From Mobula hypostoma (taxonomy: Eukaryota), in assembly GCF_963921235.1 (NCBI RefSeq), contig NC_086097.1, positions 45,200,001 to 45,264,000 of the forward strand: 64,000 bases of DNA, read 5' to 3'. The notes under the pieces were generated by a model, which was not told where the DNA came from, did no database searches, and worked only from the letters and a program-made list of their open reading frames with translations. How positions within the stretch are numbered: position 1 is the first letter of the stretch; each line of letters opens with the position of its first letter. Position numbers and translations under genes: made by a program. Shown here one piece after another: positions 50,649-64,000 of this stretch.

Positions 50649-52289
50649 AGAATCTGGGTGCAAAGATTCAGCGGGAGTACATGTGGAGACCCTTGGTGGA
50701 CTGTTTGAGTACACAGGATGGAGGAAAGACGATCATTTTGTCGTTTTGTTTGTTTGTTGTGTTCTGCTCAGCATTATGGGTACGCTGCATTGACACCAGA
50801 CAATGTAGCGACACCTCTGTGTTGGTTGTTAAGGCAAATGACACATTTCACTGTATGTTTCGACAAATGTATAATAAATAAATCTAAATCTCAATCTGAA
50901 TGTAGAAACATTGTTTCAGTCAGTCAACAAATTCCCAGAATACTGCAGTTTCACGCAGCTCAAAGGCAGTGGAGTTTCACAAGCTAAACATTCATACTTT
51001 AGGCTTCTCATAAATCAACAGAATGCATTTTTTAAGCTAAAAAAAAAACAATCAAAGCCATTTTGTTCCCGGCTAAATTTCAGATTTTCCAGTAAGCTAG
51101 GCAAATAACTGTAAATATGTGAACAGACAGAAAGTACTTATTCATAAAGCATTTTCTTTTTATGAAGCTCCCAAATTTAAATATATGTTGTTTGGTGAAA
51201 TACCAATTTCCCTTTGTTAGCTGTAATAGGTAATGGGTTATTTAGTGTCTACTGCAATGAACAATCCCTTATAACAGTTAATGGTAAGTGTGAGATATCT
51301 AATCTGATTTTTCATAATGGAATGACGTAATGAAACATTGAGTTGGTAAGTGTTGGGAGCCACCGACAGCAGAGTGTAAGGGCATTAACTACTAGTTACC
51401 ATAAGCCTAAATGTTTAAAGCTCATAGCTGTGGTAGAAAAACTGTAATGTTATTACAATTTTCTTTTCCAATCTTATTTAACTATCAATAATAAGCCAAA
51501 ACACAAGCTAGAGTGTGGAACTACTGATTGTGAAAGAACTTAGTTGTTTGTGTGGAAGAGAAGTGTTCTTCACTTCGTTGTATATCTTACCCTAGATACA
51601 GATCATACCAGGGTAGGTGCTGCTTTACTGCCATAATGATATAACAAACAATTCTCATTGATTGCTAAAGCACATTTTTTGAGTGTTACAAGTTAAAATG
51701 GTGGTCACAGCATCTGTGTTCACAAGGAGCAGTTGGAGCAGAAAGGTGGAAGACAACTCACTTGTACCTGGACCATCTGTCATTACTACCTAATGTGATA
51801 CGAATTACTGCAACTCCGTTTCCCCATAGTTCACCAGTTTCATATCCATCAAATGCCCATCTCAGCAAAAATGAAAGCCGGCTCAAAAGAAAGACAATCC
51901 TTACCAAATTTTTGAAGATTCTGGCATTTTGCATACAAAAAGTCAACAAATTAAATATGTATGCTTCCTCAGTACTTGTCCAATGTACCTTTTCTTGGAT
52001 TCTAACTGCTGCAATTTAGTTCTAGCATTCAGACATATGACGGCTAAAGTTGGTGGCAGTAGCAGCCACTAGAAATGGTCAGGCCTACAAATGTGTTATT
52101 GGAGTATACAACCACTTCTGTGCTGGAAAGAATAGACTTCAAATCCTCCATAAGATCTGCTGCCAATGCTAGATCTCGCTCTGCTCGTTGACACTAAGCT
52201 TAGGCTTTGTGGCAGACTTTCCAAAGCATTGTACTATGTGTAACCATCAGCTTTCTTCAGGTGCCTACCCCATCAAAATTCACACCTGA

Positions 52290-53272
52290 GGCACTATGCT
52301 CTCTTCTCACTACTACCATCAGGAAGGAGGTACAGGAGCCTCAGGACCCACACCACCAGGTTCAAGAACAGTTATCGCTCTACAACCAGCAAACTCCTGA
52401 ACCAGCATAGATAACTTCAATCATCTTAATGCTGAACTGGCTCCATGTCCTCTTGACTCCCCTTCAAGGACTCTACAACAAATGTTCTCACTTTATTTAT
52501 TTACATTTTTAAAATTTATTATTTGCACAATTTGTTTTCTTTGCAATCTGGATGTTCGTCAGTCTTTGTTGTGTATAGTTTTTCATAAACTTCTATTCCT
52601 GTAATTTAAACACCAATGCCAGTCAACAGAATATCCTACAAAAAGTAGCGGATATGACCCAATCCATCATGGCTAAAGCCCTCCCCTCCAATGAGCGCAT
52701 CTCCATGGAGCATTGTCATAGGAAAGCAGCATCCATCATCAGGGACCCGTACCACACAAGTCATGCTCTCTTCTCACTGCTGCCATCAGGAAGGTGGTAC
52801 AGGAGCCTCAGGACCCACACCACCAGGTTCAGGACCAGTTATTACCCCTCAACCATCAGGCTCTTGAACCAAAAGGGATTTCCACTCAACTTCACTTGCC
52901 CCATCACTGAACTGTTCCAACAACCTATGGACTCACATTCAAGGACTCTTCATCTCAAGTTCTCGATATTTATTGCTTATTTATTCCTTATCATTATTTT
53001 TTTCTTTTTGTACTTGCAGTTTGTTGTCTTTTGCACCCTGGTTGAATGCCCAAGTTGGTGCAGTCTTTCACTGATTCAATCGTTATTCTTCTATAATGGA
53101 TTTATTAAACATGCCCGCAAGAAAAATAATCTCAGTGTTGTATATGGTGACATATATATACGTTGATAATAAATTTACATTGAACTTTGAATTGCCCATA
53201 AGAAAATAAATCTCAAGGTAGAATATGGTGACATATGCATACTCTGAAAATAAATTTACTTTGATCTTTGAC
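52290..53272 (+). mobile_element. Two tandem Rex1/Babar-like 3' fragments; terminal ~80 bp of the second is duplicated
   Basis: ORF 52654-53166 reads RKAASIIRDPYHTSHALFSLLPSGRWYRSLRTHTTRFRTSYYPSTIRLLN (Rex1 C-terminus); tail repeated at ~53113-53192 and ~53194-53272. Confidence 0.8.
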
Positions 53273-55921
53273 TGTGTATGTACACTCATTCGCAAAAGTG
53301 CTGGCATCCAAAATACACCCGAGTTCTCCTGGCATGCAACCATCTGTGGGTCTATCCACCAGTATAGTGATGGGACACTGTTTGAACTGATGCGCATTCA
53401 GGAATCTAAACCATCACTGTTGTTCTTGTATGCCTGGACTCCATTCTTTGGATGACTGACATTTAATATGTACTCGAAAGGTCTCCAAGCTCCAACAAAC
53501 ATAGGACAAATTGTTTAATTTCCAACTCCAACTTCCAGGCTCCCAATACGGCATTCTAAAATCTGGAACTATCCACCCATTGCCAATCTTCACTATTTTG
53601 CAGAACAAATTCATTTCATGCATAATAACCTGTGCTTGCTCTTGCTACAATGCTCCTGAATGAGGAGAACTTCAACTCAAGGCAACCACTCATGTTGCTC
53701 CCCTGCTGATATATTCAGTAAGTGGACAGAGAGGTTAGCTTTGTTTGGAAGCAGAGATCACTGTAAGGAGCAGACACCATGGAGTTGAAATGTTGCCTGT
53801 GGTTACAATCAACAGTTAAGGATTAGTCTTGAATTGCAATCCCAAACCTATTCCAATTTCTTCAATTAGCACCTGAGGTTTTCATAAGCCTAAGGAAGCA
53901 ACATTATCCTTGCAAAATATGTGGCTCAATAAAGGTATAAGTAGAACCTGGCTTAATGATGAAAAATGTACTGCAGTTCATTTCTAGACAGATGGAATGG
54001 AGAACCAAGGCGTTTTGCTAAACTTCCATTAAAAATTTGGACGGTTGATTGATTTGAATGAGGAAGCACTGGAAAAAGTGCACATGTACTGATAATGCCA
54101 GAAAAGCAAAGTTACACCTACAGCAGACAGTGAATGAGCAGGTGTACTTTCATTAAAAACAGTCAGTAAGGGATGCGTAGTTTGATTGTTAAAATAAAAT
54201 GAACAAATGCAAAAATTGTGCTTTCATTATTAGGAGAGACCAAATGAGCAGTCATAAATATAAAATAACTTCCAGTAAGCCAACTGTAAATGTAAGAGAA
54301 AAATCCAATTATAAGTTCATCAGTGCATATAAATGTATCTTCACCTGTTAAGAAACTGCAAAAATGCATGAGTGGGAATGGAGTTGAAGAGGTGGGGTAA
54401 AGGAAGAAGTCTGCATAGCAGCTGGTGTGGACATTAATCAGCAATAAAGCTCTGCTGGGCCAGGTAGTTGCAGAACATTAACTTTGTAATGTGTTCCATT
54501 TAGTTGGCTACAACTGTCTACAATTATGTTTTAATTTCGTTCTTACTTCTAACAAGGCATGCACATATGACATTGTGGCATATTGATGTAAGAAATTCAC
54601 ATACTTTACATATAACCCATAGTGAATTATTCAAATAAACAAAGAATGCTTAAGCAAACCATTTAGTTACAATATCACTCAAATATTACTGAAATATTAG
54701 ATACAAAACTCCTCCCTGCTTAGTAATCAACTCCAACTTGATACAGAATGCATCCAACTCAAATATAGTGTTCTCTAGTCACTATATAATGCAGCTACTA
54801 TATAGTCATGCACAGCATACTAAATTTTAAATTGTCCCATTCAGGCCTAAAGATTTAATCACAATAGAGGATGTCTTACTCTTTTTGAATAACGTCTTTC
54901 CTAACATGGAGGGTGGGTCACTCTGCTTGACGGGTGAGACGCACGACTGTAAAACAATCTCAGGTTTTGGGGCCTCCTCGTGCTGGTTGTGGGATTCTGA
55001 GACTGCAGGGAATGGTTCTGACAGTTCCCCACAGCTTTCTTCTCTGACAATTGATTCTGCTCTCCACAACTGATGGATGTGTCATCTCCAGATGACAGAC
55101 ACAATCTCCACTGTATGGGAGAATGGTCCAGTTCTGTCCTTAATCTTTGTAAGTACCTACTTTTGATCAGCTCTGTATTCTGTCAGCATGACTGCATATC
55201 CAGGAGTGAAACGTTGAACCTCCTGGTTCGAGGAGCTCTTAACTTGTCTCAGTTCTTTGTCCTACACACTCCTTCTGAGACTGTATTTGAGGAGTTCCAA
55301 GCGTGAGCGCAAGGGATGAGTCAGGAGCAGCACGGTGGTGAGTTGTCGAGTGCGCTGCATTGTGATTTGCACGGAGGAAATTGTTGAGATTCTGATTCAG
55401 TGTCATGTGTTCTTCTGACATTGCTTGCAGTGCATTCTTTAGACTCTGGACAAACCTTTCCCCCAAGCCATTTGGACCAGGGTTATAAGGTGTAGACGTT
55501 ATATGTCTTAATCCGTTCATTTTCAGGAACGAGTGAAACTGTTCCACAACAAACTGACAACATTGTTAGTGATGATGTGTCCTGGAACATCAGTCCTTCA
55601 GAAGAGGATTCTCACCACATCAACAGCGTGTGAGGCTGTAGTGGCTGTGTAGCTGCATCCACTACTACCAAAGTCCACATGAATCCACTGCCAAGGCAGT
55701 GTAGGCCATTCCAAGGGACAGAGAGGTGCTGTTCTTTGTATCTTGATGTTTCGGCATCCCGAACGTGCATGGCAAGCTGCCCGGTCTGCTGATCTATTCC
55801 AGGCCACCAGACACAGCTTAGAGCCAATGATTTCATTTTCACCACACCCAAATGACTGACATGAAGCTCCTCCAACACATTAGCTCTCAGCTTGTATGGT
55901 ACAACTTTCAATCCCCACATA

Positions 55922-58900
55922 CCACTGTGGAAGACACAAACAGTATGGTGGAAGTTCCAGGTGTCAGGGGGCATGAGGTGAGTAAAGTTACCATATTCAG
56001 ACAGAAGGTTCTTGAGAAACTGAAAGGTCTGAAGGTAGATAACTCACCTGGACCAGATGGGGTACAGCCCAGGGTTCTGAATGAGGTGGCTGAAGAGATT
56101 CCGGAGGCATTGGTAATGATCTTTCAAGATTCTGGATGGTTTGGAAGACTGGAAAATTGCAAGTGTCACTCCAAGAAGGGAGAGAGGCAGAAGAAAGGAA
56201 ACTATAGGTCAATTAACTGACTTCAGTGGTTGGGAAGATGTTGGGAGTCGATTATTAAGGATGAGGTCTCAGGGTACTTGGAGGCACATGATAAAATAGG
56301 CTATAATCAACATGGTTTCCTCAAGGGAAAATCTTGTCTGACAAATCTGTTAGAACTCTTTGAAGAAATAACAAGCAGGATAGACAAAGGAGAATCGAGT
56401 GATGATTTGTACTTGGATGTTCAGAAGGCCCTTGACAAGGTGCCACACATGAGGCTGCTTAACAAGCATTGAGCCCATGGTATTACAGGAAAGATTCTAG
56501 CATGGATAAAGCAGTGGCTGTTTGGCAGGAGCCAAAGAGTGGAAATAAAGGAAGCCTTTTCTGGCTGGCTGCCGGTGACTAGTGATGTTCCACAGGGATC
56601 TGTGTTGGGACTGATTCTTTTTACATTATATGTCAATGATTTGGATGATGGAATTGATGGCTTTCTTGCAAAGTTTACAGATGATATGAAGATATCTGGA
56701 GGGGCAGGTAGTTTTGAGGAAGTAGAGATGCTACAGAAGAACAGACAGTTTAGGAGAATGAGCAAAGAAATGGCAGTTGGAATATTGTGTCAGGAAGTGT
56801 ATGGTCAAACACTTTGGTAGAAGAAATGAAAGGCTTGACTATTTTCTAAGAGGAGAGAAAACAAAAAAAAAAAATCTGAGGTGTGAAGGGCCTTGGGAGT
56901 CCTTGTGCAGGATTCCCTAAAGGCTAATTGGCAGGTCGAGTCTGTGATTAGGAAGGCAAATGCATTGGTTAGTATTCATTCCAAGAGGATTAGAATATAA
57001 AAGCAAGGATGTAATGTTGAGACTTTATAAAGCAGTGATGAGGCCTCATTTGGAGTACTGTGGGCAGGTCTGGGCCCCTTATCTTAGAAAAGATATACTG
57101 AAACTGGAGAGGATTCAGTATAACTGACAAGGGAAATTAGGGATAGTATCAATTCCAAAGAAGAAGCATACAAATTAGCCAGAGAAAGTGGCTCACCTGA
57201 GGACTGGGAGAAATTCAGAGTTCAGGAGAGGAGGACAAAGGGCTTAATTAGGAAGGGGAAAAAAGATTATGAGAGAAAACTGGCAGGGAACATAAAAACG
57301 GACTGTAAAAGCTTTTATAGATATGTAAAAAGGAAAAGACTGGTAAAGACAAATGTAGGTCCCCTGCAGACAGAAACAGGTGAATTGATTATGGGGAGCA
57401 AGGACATGGCAGACCAATTGAATAATTACTTTGGTTCTGTCTTCACTAAGGAGGACATAAATAATCTTCCAGAAATAGTAGGGGACAGAGGGTCCAGTGA
57501 GATGGAGGAACTGAGCGAAATACATGTTAGTAGGGAAGTGGTGTTAGGTAAATTGAAGGGATTGAAGGCAGATAAATCCCCAGGGCTAGATGGTCTGCAT
57601 CCTAGAGTGCTTAAGGAAGTAGCCCAAGAAATAGTGGATGCATTAGTGATAATTTTTTCAAAACTTGTTAGATTCTGGACTAGTTCCTGAGGATTGGAGG
57701 GTGGCTAATGTAACTACACTTTTAAAAAAAGGAGGGAGAGAGAAACCGGGGAATTATAGACCGGTTAGCCTAACGTCGGTGGTGGGGAAACTGCTGGAGT
57801 CAGTTATCAAGGATGTGAAGCGGTGAAATGATCGGACAAAGTCAGCATGGATTTGTGAAAGGAAAATCATGTCTGATGAATCTCATAGAATTTTTTGAGG
57901 ATGTAACTAGTAGAGTGGATAGGGGAGAACCAGTGGATGTGGTATATTTGGATTTTCAAAAGGCTTTTGACAAGGTCCCACACAGGAGATTAGTGTGCAA
58001 ACTTAAAGCACACGGTATTGGGGGTAAGGTATTGGTGTGGGTGGAGAATTGGTTAGCAGACAGGAAGCAAAGAGTGGGAATAAACAGGACCTTTTCAGAA
58101 TGGCAGGCGGTGACTAGTGGGGTACCGCAAGGCTCAGTGCTGGGACCCCAGTTGTTTACAATATATATTAATGACTTGGATGAGGGAATTAAATGCAGCA
58201 TCTCCAGGTTTGCGGATGACACGAAGCTGGGTGGCAGTGTTAGCTGTGAGGAGGGTGCTAAGAGGATGCAGGGTGACTTGGATAGGTTGGGTGAGTGGGC
58301 AAATTCATGGCAGATGCAATTTAATGTGGATAAATGTAAAGTTATCCACTTTGGTGGCAAAAATAGGAAAACAGATTATTATCTGAATGGTGACCGATTA
58401 GGAAAAGGGGAGGTGCAACGAGACCTGGGTGTCATTATACACCAGTCATTGAAAGTGGGCATGCAGGTACAGCAGGTGGTGAAAAAGGCGAATGGTATGC
58501 TGGCATTTATAGCAAGAGGATTCGAGTACAGCAGCAGGGAGGTACTACTGCAGTTGTACAAGGCCTTGGTGAGACCACACCTGGAGTATTGTGTGCAGTT
58601 TTGGTCCCCTAATCTGAGGAAAGACATCCTTGCCTTAGAGGGAGTACAAAGAAGGTTCACAGGACTTTCATATGAAGAAAGACTGGATGAACTGGGCTTG
58701 TACTCGTTGGAATTTAGAAGATTGAGGGGGGATCTGATTGAAACGTATAAGATCCTAAAGGGATTGGACAGGCTAGATGCAGGAAGATTGTTCCCGATGT
58801 TGGGGAAGTCCAGAATGAGGGGCCACAGTTTGAGGATAGAGGGGAAGCCTTTTAGGACCGAGATTAGGAAAAACTTCTTCACACAGAGAGTGGTGAATCT

Positions 58901-59613
58901 GTGGAATTCTCTGCCACAGGAAACAGTTGAGGCCAGTTCATTGGCTATATTTAAGAGGGAGTTAGATATGGCCCTTGTGGCTACGGGGGTCAGGGGATAT
59001 GGAGGGAAGGCTGGGGCGGGGTTCTGAGTTGGATGATCAGCCATGATCATAATAAATGGCGGTGCAGGCTCGAAGGGCCGAATGGCCTACTCCTGCACCT
59101 ATTTTCTATGTTTCTATGATTCAAAAGAGGTTCACGAAAATGATTCCAGGATTGAATAGCTTGTCATGTAAGAGTGTTTGATGGCCCTCAGCCCGTATTC
59201 ACTAGAATTCAGAAGTAAGAGGGGTGACCACATTGAAACCTGTCAAATGGTGAAAGTCCTTGATAGAGTGCATATGGAGACAATGTTTCCTCTGGTTGGA
59301 GAGTCTAAGACCAGAGGACACAGCCTCAGAATAGAGAGGTGTCCTTTTAGAATGGAGATGAGGATTAATTTCTTTAGCCAGAGAGTGGCGAATCTGCAGA
59401 ATTCTTTGCCACAGGCAGCTGTCGAGGTCCAAGTCTTTATGTATATTTAAGGCAGAGGTTGATAGATCCTTCATCAGTTAGTATATGTAGGGATATGGGG
59501 GAGAAAGCGGGAGATTGGGGCTGAGAGGAAAATTTGATCAGCCATGATGATATGGCGGAACAGACGCAATGGGCCAAATGGCCTAATTTTGCTCCTATAT
59601 CTCATGGTCTTTT
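55922..59613 (+). mobile_element. CR1 RT/3' fragment inserted in the Gypsy pol and split by a younger CR1
   Basis: Peptides [38 protein letters not shown]; the Gypsy flanks rejoin as ccccacata|aggcaacccc (compare 9971-9990). Confidence 0.88.
57118..59117 (+). mobile_element. Young CR1 3' 2-kb copy with a 399-codon open RT frame
   Basis: ORF 57828-59027 with [30 protein letters not shown]; (tttctatg)n tail; 6-bp TSD gattca at 57112-57117 and 59118-59123. Confidence 0.95.
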
Positions 59614-62317
59614 AAGGCAACCCCTGTCAAGAGCAAGTTCATCCCGGCACTGGCAAGAATCAGGGAACTAGAGTTGCTGCTGCAAGTTCCAGCTACTTTG
59701 GGCTTCCGTGAGGACCTGAGACAGTGTGGGGTCTTTTCTGGTTTCCTCTTGGATCATCTCCGTCATAACAGGGAGACATTTACATTAGGGAGAACACATC
59801 AAGAGGAGTGTCCTCTTTTGTAACTTTTTCAGATATCTCCTTTTCCAAGGGTAAACTGGACAATCCATCAGGATTTCCATTAGTAGTCCACTTGAATTCG
59901 ATCTTGTAATTATGTCCTTCAAGAAAGAGCTGCTGTTAATGGAACACCCTTTTTTGGATTGAAAGTGGACACCAATGGTTGATTATCAGTAACGAGGGTA
60001 AATTCTCTCCTATACAAGTACTAGTTAAAACATTTTTTAACATCCCAAACCAGATTTAAGGACTCTTTCTCTATCTGTGCACTTTTTTCTCTGCATAGTA
60101 AGGGAATGTGATGCAAATGCTATGGGGCATTCACTTCCATCACGTATAACATATGACATCACTGCACCTATAACACAAGATGAGGCGACACAGGCAAGCT
60201 TCTCTGAACAATGTGATCATAATGTGTGAGTACAGTGTCTGATTTCACCATTTCCTTTACATTTTGCAAAGCCACTTCACACTGCATCTTCAATTCCCAT
60301 TTCTTCCCAATCTTTAAGGGGTGGAGCACAGTGGCCAGGTTTGGCAGGAACTAGTTATAGCAATTGACAAATCCTGTAAAGGACTGTAACTGTGTCATGT
60401 CCTTTGGCCTTGGGGGCACCCGCCACTACTTGAATTTTGTCCGCACACTTGTGTAATTCTTGTGCGTCGATGGTGTTACCACAGTAAATGTTTAGCTTAC
60501 AGAATTCACACGTGTTGCATCGTGCACTGATCCCCTAAATCTTCTAATCTTTTTAACACTGTCTTGAGAATGTTTGGAGACATCCCTTGCCATCCTCACC
60601 GGTAACAATGATGTCATCCAGGTAACAGTAAGTTCCTGGACAGCCTTGCAGTACCTGGTCCATGGTTTTCTGCTAGAGTGCAGGTGTAGGTGCAGATGCT
60701 ACTCCAAAAATAGGCTTATTGTAGTGATAAAGTCCTTTGTGAATGTTTATGGTGAGAAACATGTTGGACTCCTCTTCCATCTTCATCTGTTGTAGGCCTC
60801 AGCTAAGTCACTTTGCTGAAGTGTCCCCCTTCAGCACAGTTCACAAAAAGATCCTCCATCTTGGGCAGAGGGTAATGATCTACTTTTAGTACTGGATTGA
60901 TGCTGACCTTATAATCAGTACAAGGTTCTGACAGATTCATCCTTCTTGGCTACTGGACCACTGGCATTGCCAATGGGCACCACTCAACCTTGGAAATAAT
61001 TCCTTCAGCTTCCATGCAATCTAGCTCACCGGCTACTTCATCACAGACGGACTTTGTAAAACTTGGGTGTGGTATTTTCATTTAACACAATTTTACTCTA
61101 GATATGTTTGAGTTTTCCAATGCTGTCCTTGAACACTGCTGAGGCATTATCCAGTACATCTCTTAATTTGCTTTCAGTTTTGTTTTGCAGGGGATGTGGA
61201 TGGAGTTCCGATCAAGTTGCAGTAGTCTCAGCCATTCATGGCCTAAACTGCTGGCCCTCCTGTTTTTACCACATACTAGCCCAATGTGGCTAACTGGTTG
61301 TTGTATTGTATTGTTACAAATGTCATTCCCACAGGAGTTCTCCTTTCTTAATTGGATATCTGCAGGCTTCAGTTCAGTTTCTTTGAAATGCTGTTCATAA
61401 TTATTTTGTAAATGACTGAAACAGATGAGCCAGTATCCTATTCCATTTTAATTAATTTGCTGTTCACTTCTGGTATTGCTTGCCTACTGTTAACTTTCAC
61501 ATTATAAATCTCAAGACAACTCAGTCCTGAGTCACTCTCATCACTATCAGATTTTTCAACTACAGCATGCAGATTAGTGCCCTTTTTGAGACTGCAACTT
61601 GACTTTTTATCTCTTCTCTTTTCCGTGTGCAGTCCACTTATTTTTGTCTGCCTGACTTGCTCTTTGTATATATCCTACTTTGTTGCGTTTTCTGCAAGTT
61701 TCACCATTAAATCTGCATTGGTCTGGTGTCTTTGACAATTAGGAGCCAGTTTTGAATACTATCTTGTAAGATTCCGCAAACTAAAATGATCTCTGAGTGC
61801 ATTATTAGGGCCATTACGGAACTGATAATGCTCAGATAATCTCTTCAATTCAGCCACGAACACGGAAATAGACTCTGCTTCTGCTTATGAAACCTAAAGC
61901 ATTCTGCAATCAACAATGGTTTTGGTTCTAAATGTTCCTGCATTACTTTCATAACATCAGCAAAGCTCATTTTGGCTGGTTTGGTTGGAGCAGTTAAACT
62001 TCTAAACAAATTGTATGCCTTCAAATCCAATGCAATCAGCAAAACTGGTATGCACTCGTTAGTGACTATTTCATTTGCTTCAAAATACTGCTCAATTCAC
62101 TGAGTATATCAAATCCAGTTATCTATCGTGTAATTGAATGTGACTGTCTTTCCCATGGAGCCAGCCATTTCTTTTCTTTTTTTATGATTACTATCACCCA
62201 ATACTCACTGGTTATGAACCCTTGAATTTCCCATTTCTATCATTATTTATTGTTACTCGAATGTCTTTCTCCTTTTGCGAAGAAAAAATCGTGCTGCGAT
62301 TCTCTTAAACTCAAATA

Positions 62318-62810
62318 CAGAGGAGATTTACAAGGATGTTGCCTGGACTGGGGAGGATGCCTTATGAGAATAGGTTGAGTGAACTTGGCCTTTTCTCCTT
62401 GGAGCGGCAGAGGATGAGAGGTGACCTGATAGTGTACAAGATAATGAGAGGCATTGATTGTGTGGATAGTCAAAGGCTTTTTCCCCAGGGCTAAAATGGC
62501 TGGCACAGGAGGGCATATTTTTAAGGTGCTTGGAAGTAGGTACAGAGGAGATGTCAGGGGTAAGTTGTTGTTGTTGTTGGATTTTTTTAATGCAGAGAGT
62601 GGTGAGTGCGTGGAATGGGCTGCCAGCAACGGTGGTGGAGGCGGAAACGATAGGGTCTTTCAAGAGACTCCTGGATTGATACATGGAGCTTAGAAAAATA
62701 GAGGGCTAAGGGTAAGCCTAGGTAGTTCTAAGGTAGGGACATGTTCGGCACAGCTTTGTGGGCCGAAGGGCCTGTATTGTGCTGTGGGTTTTCTATGTTT
62801 CTATGTTTCT
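62318..62810 (+). mobile_element. CR1 3' fragment (family of 33226-36246) in the Gypsy leader
   Basis: Closely matches 35876-36246; (tttctatg)n tail. Confidence 0.88.
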
Positions 62811-63005
62811 GTGAAAGTCTCCCTGCACTTCAACATGTCGGCAGTCACCTCGGTTTGTTTAAACCGGCCTTGTCGCCACTGTTACGTTTTGTAACTCCAG
62901 AACATAAAAAATGAAAACATGGAGCTGAGAGATGTGCATTTTTGTTTTGTCATGCACTGATGAAGTGGTGACATGATAACGTATGCTATTCACGTACTTT
63001 TACAT

Positions 63006-63142
63006 GATGGGAATTGGGAAGAGAGAGTGAGGCTGACGCTGTGCAACTCTCCCTCACTTAAATCCAAATCACGCGCTAGTCTCAACACCATCATAATGGT
63101 GTCAAGGTCCTCATCGACGTCAACGATGGACAAACAACAACA
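63006..63142 (+). mobile_element. Short retroposed 3' end with (caa)n tail inside the Gypsy 5' LTR
   Basis: Flanked by acat (63002-63005, 63143-63146); absent from the other LTR copies. Confidence 0.55.
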
Positions 63143-64000
63143 ACATATAACTTGCAATGAATTATGTAAACAACAAAGAATGCTTAATCAAACAATACAT
63201 TTAGTATATTGCTCAAATATTACTGAAATATTAAATGCACAACAGTACAGCCCCTGGGTATTCAATAGGTTTCAACCTTTTGCCACTGTACCCAATCCAG
63301 TGCCGACTCCCTCAATGAAAGCCGGTGCCTGCTCCCCAGGATTACCCTTTCTGAAGTCCACAATCAAATTTGTGGCCATTGTTGTTGCAACAGCAGCCAT
63401 CCTGCACAACTTGGTTTAATGTTTCACCTGAAAGCCAAAACTTCTAATGGTTTAGTTCTGCACTGTCAGGTCATCCGGTGTTCAGTCCTTGGCACTGGTC
63501 TGAAAGTCACAACTGTCTGATTCACAGATGAGCATCATGCACTGAGGTAAGATTAAAATAATAAATCAAAAGCATTAATGTTATTTCTGGTGCACCAATG
63601 TCTACAACAATAGAGGGGGCTTAAGCCACATGTTAATTACATTAACCTCCCTGGTGTCACCTTTGTCCCCATCTCTACTAAAACCAATGAATCACAATGG
63701 AATGGGATTTCCCCAGATACAATCCATTCAAATTTTAAATTAAATGAACTGATCTGAAATTGAATTTGAGGCCCAAGTGTCAGCATATTAAGCAAAGAAG
63801 CATTCGCTTCAGTACTTGAAGCGTCTCAACCTTTCACGATGTGTGCCCTTTAACGCAATACCACCATTGCCAACTGAGTTGTCCCAAATAGCGCAAATAA
63901 CATTCTAACATTTAAATTTTGGCAGCTCAAGTACTCAGCTGATGCTGAATCTGGTTCCAAAACAAAATGAGCTTCATGCTTTTGATTTATTATTTTAATC

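Larger units (their letters stand above)
54520..63244 (-). mobile_element. Degenerate near-full-length Gypsy/Ty3 LTR retrotransposon with four nested insertions
   Basis: 5' LTR 62880-63244 (tg...ca) with primer-binding site TGGCGACA at 62871-62878; gag (LFRSLTAPTKP...EHLEPKPLLIAECFRF), protease DTGS ~61421-61440, RT YLDD 60613-60624, integrase (LEELHVSHLGVVKMK...WWPGID; PYNPGPNGLGERFV); polypurine tract ~54709-54720 beside the 3' LTR (~54520-54708). TSD not resolved. Confidence 0.85.

Noticed and set aside
57828..59027. 399-aa reverse transcriptase as a novel or domesticated RT system
   Set aside because: It is an ordinary 5'-truncated CR1 copy with a tail and TSD, near-identical to sibling copies; the open frame reflects its young age.
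8815..64000. Canonical EML1 first exon (MEDGFSSYSSLYDTSSLLQFCN-like) and its promoter or CpG island
   Set aside because: Not found by eye or in the ORF track; probably beyond the right edge, though a short exon could have been missed.

Overview
This window is vertebrate genomic DNA; the repeat families suggest a cartilaginous fish, probably a ray or skate (inference). Almost all of it appears to be intronic sequence of the minus-strand gene EML1 (echinoderm microtubule-associated protein-like 1). One EML1 coding exon is clear: 8632-8814, 183 nt, phase 1-1, encoding the N-terminal trimerisation coiled coil. A 57-nt in-frame candidate exon with strong splice signals lies at 421-477. The canonical first exon and the following canonical exon were not found, so both probably lie outside the window. 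The rest is a dense, heavily nested set of transposon relics: several CR1 LINE families (one young), Rex1/Babar, RTE and Nimb/I-like LINE pieces, Penelope-like fragments with minimal hammerhead ribozyme motifs, two Gypsy relics plus a solo LTR, an IR/DR Tc1 transposon, hAT MITEs (one inserted inverted into its own family member) and V-type SINEs. I found no evidence of a wholly new multi-gene system. The best leads are at the RNA level: the candidate cassette exon, the intronic ribozyme motifs and long inverted repeats in the pre-mRNA. Boundaries of degenerate repeats are approximate, and family names come from recognised motifs rather than database searches.
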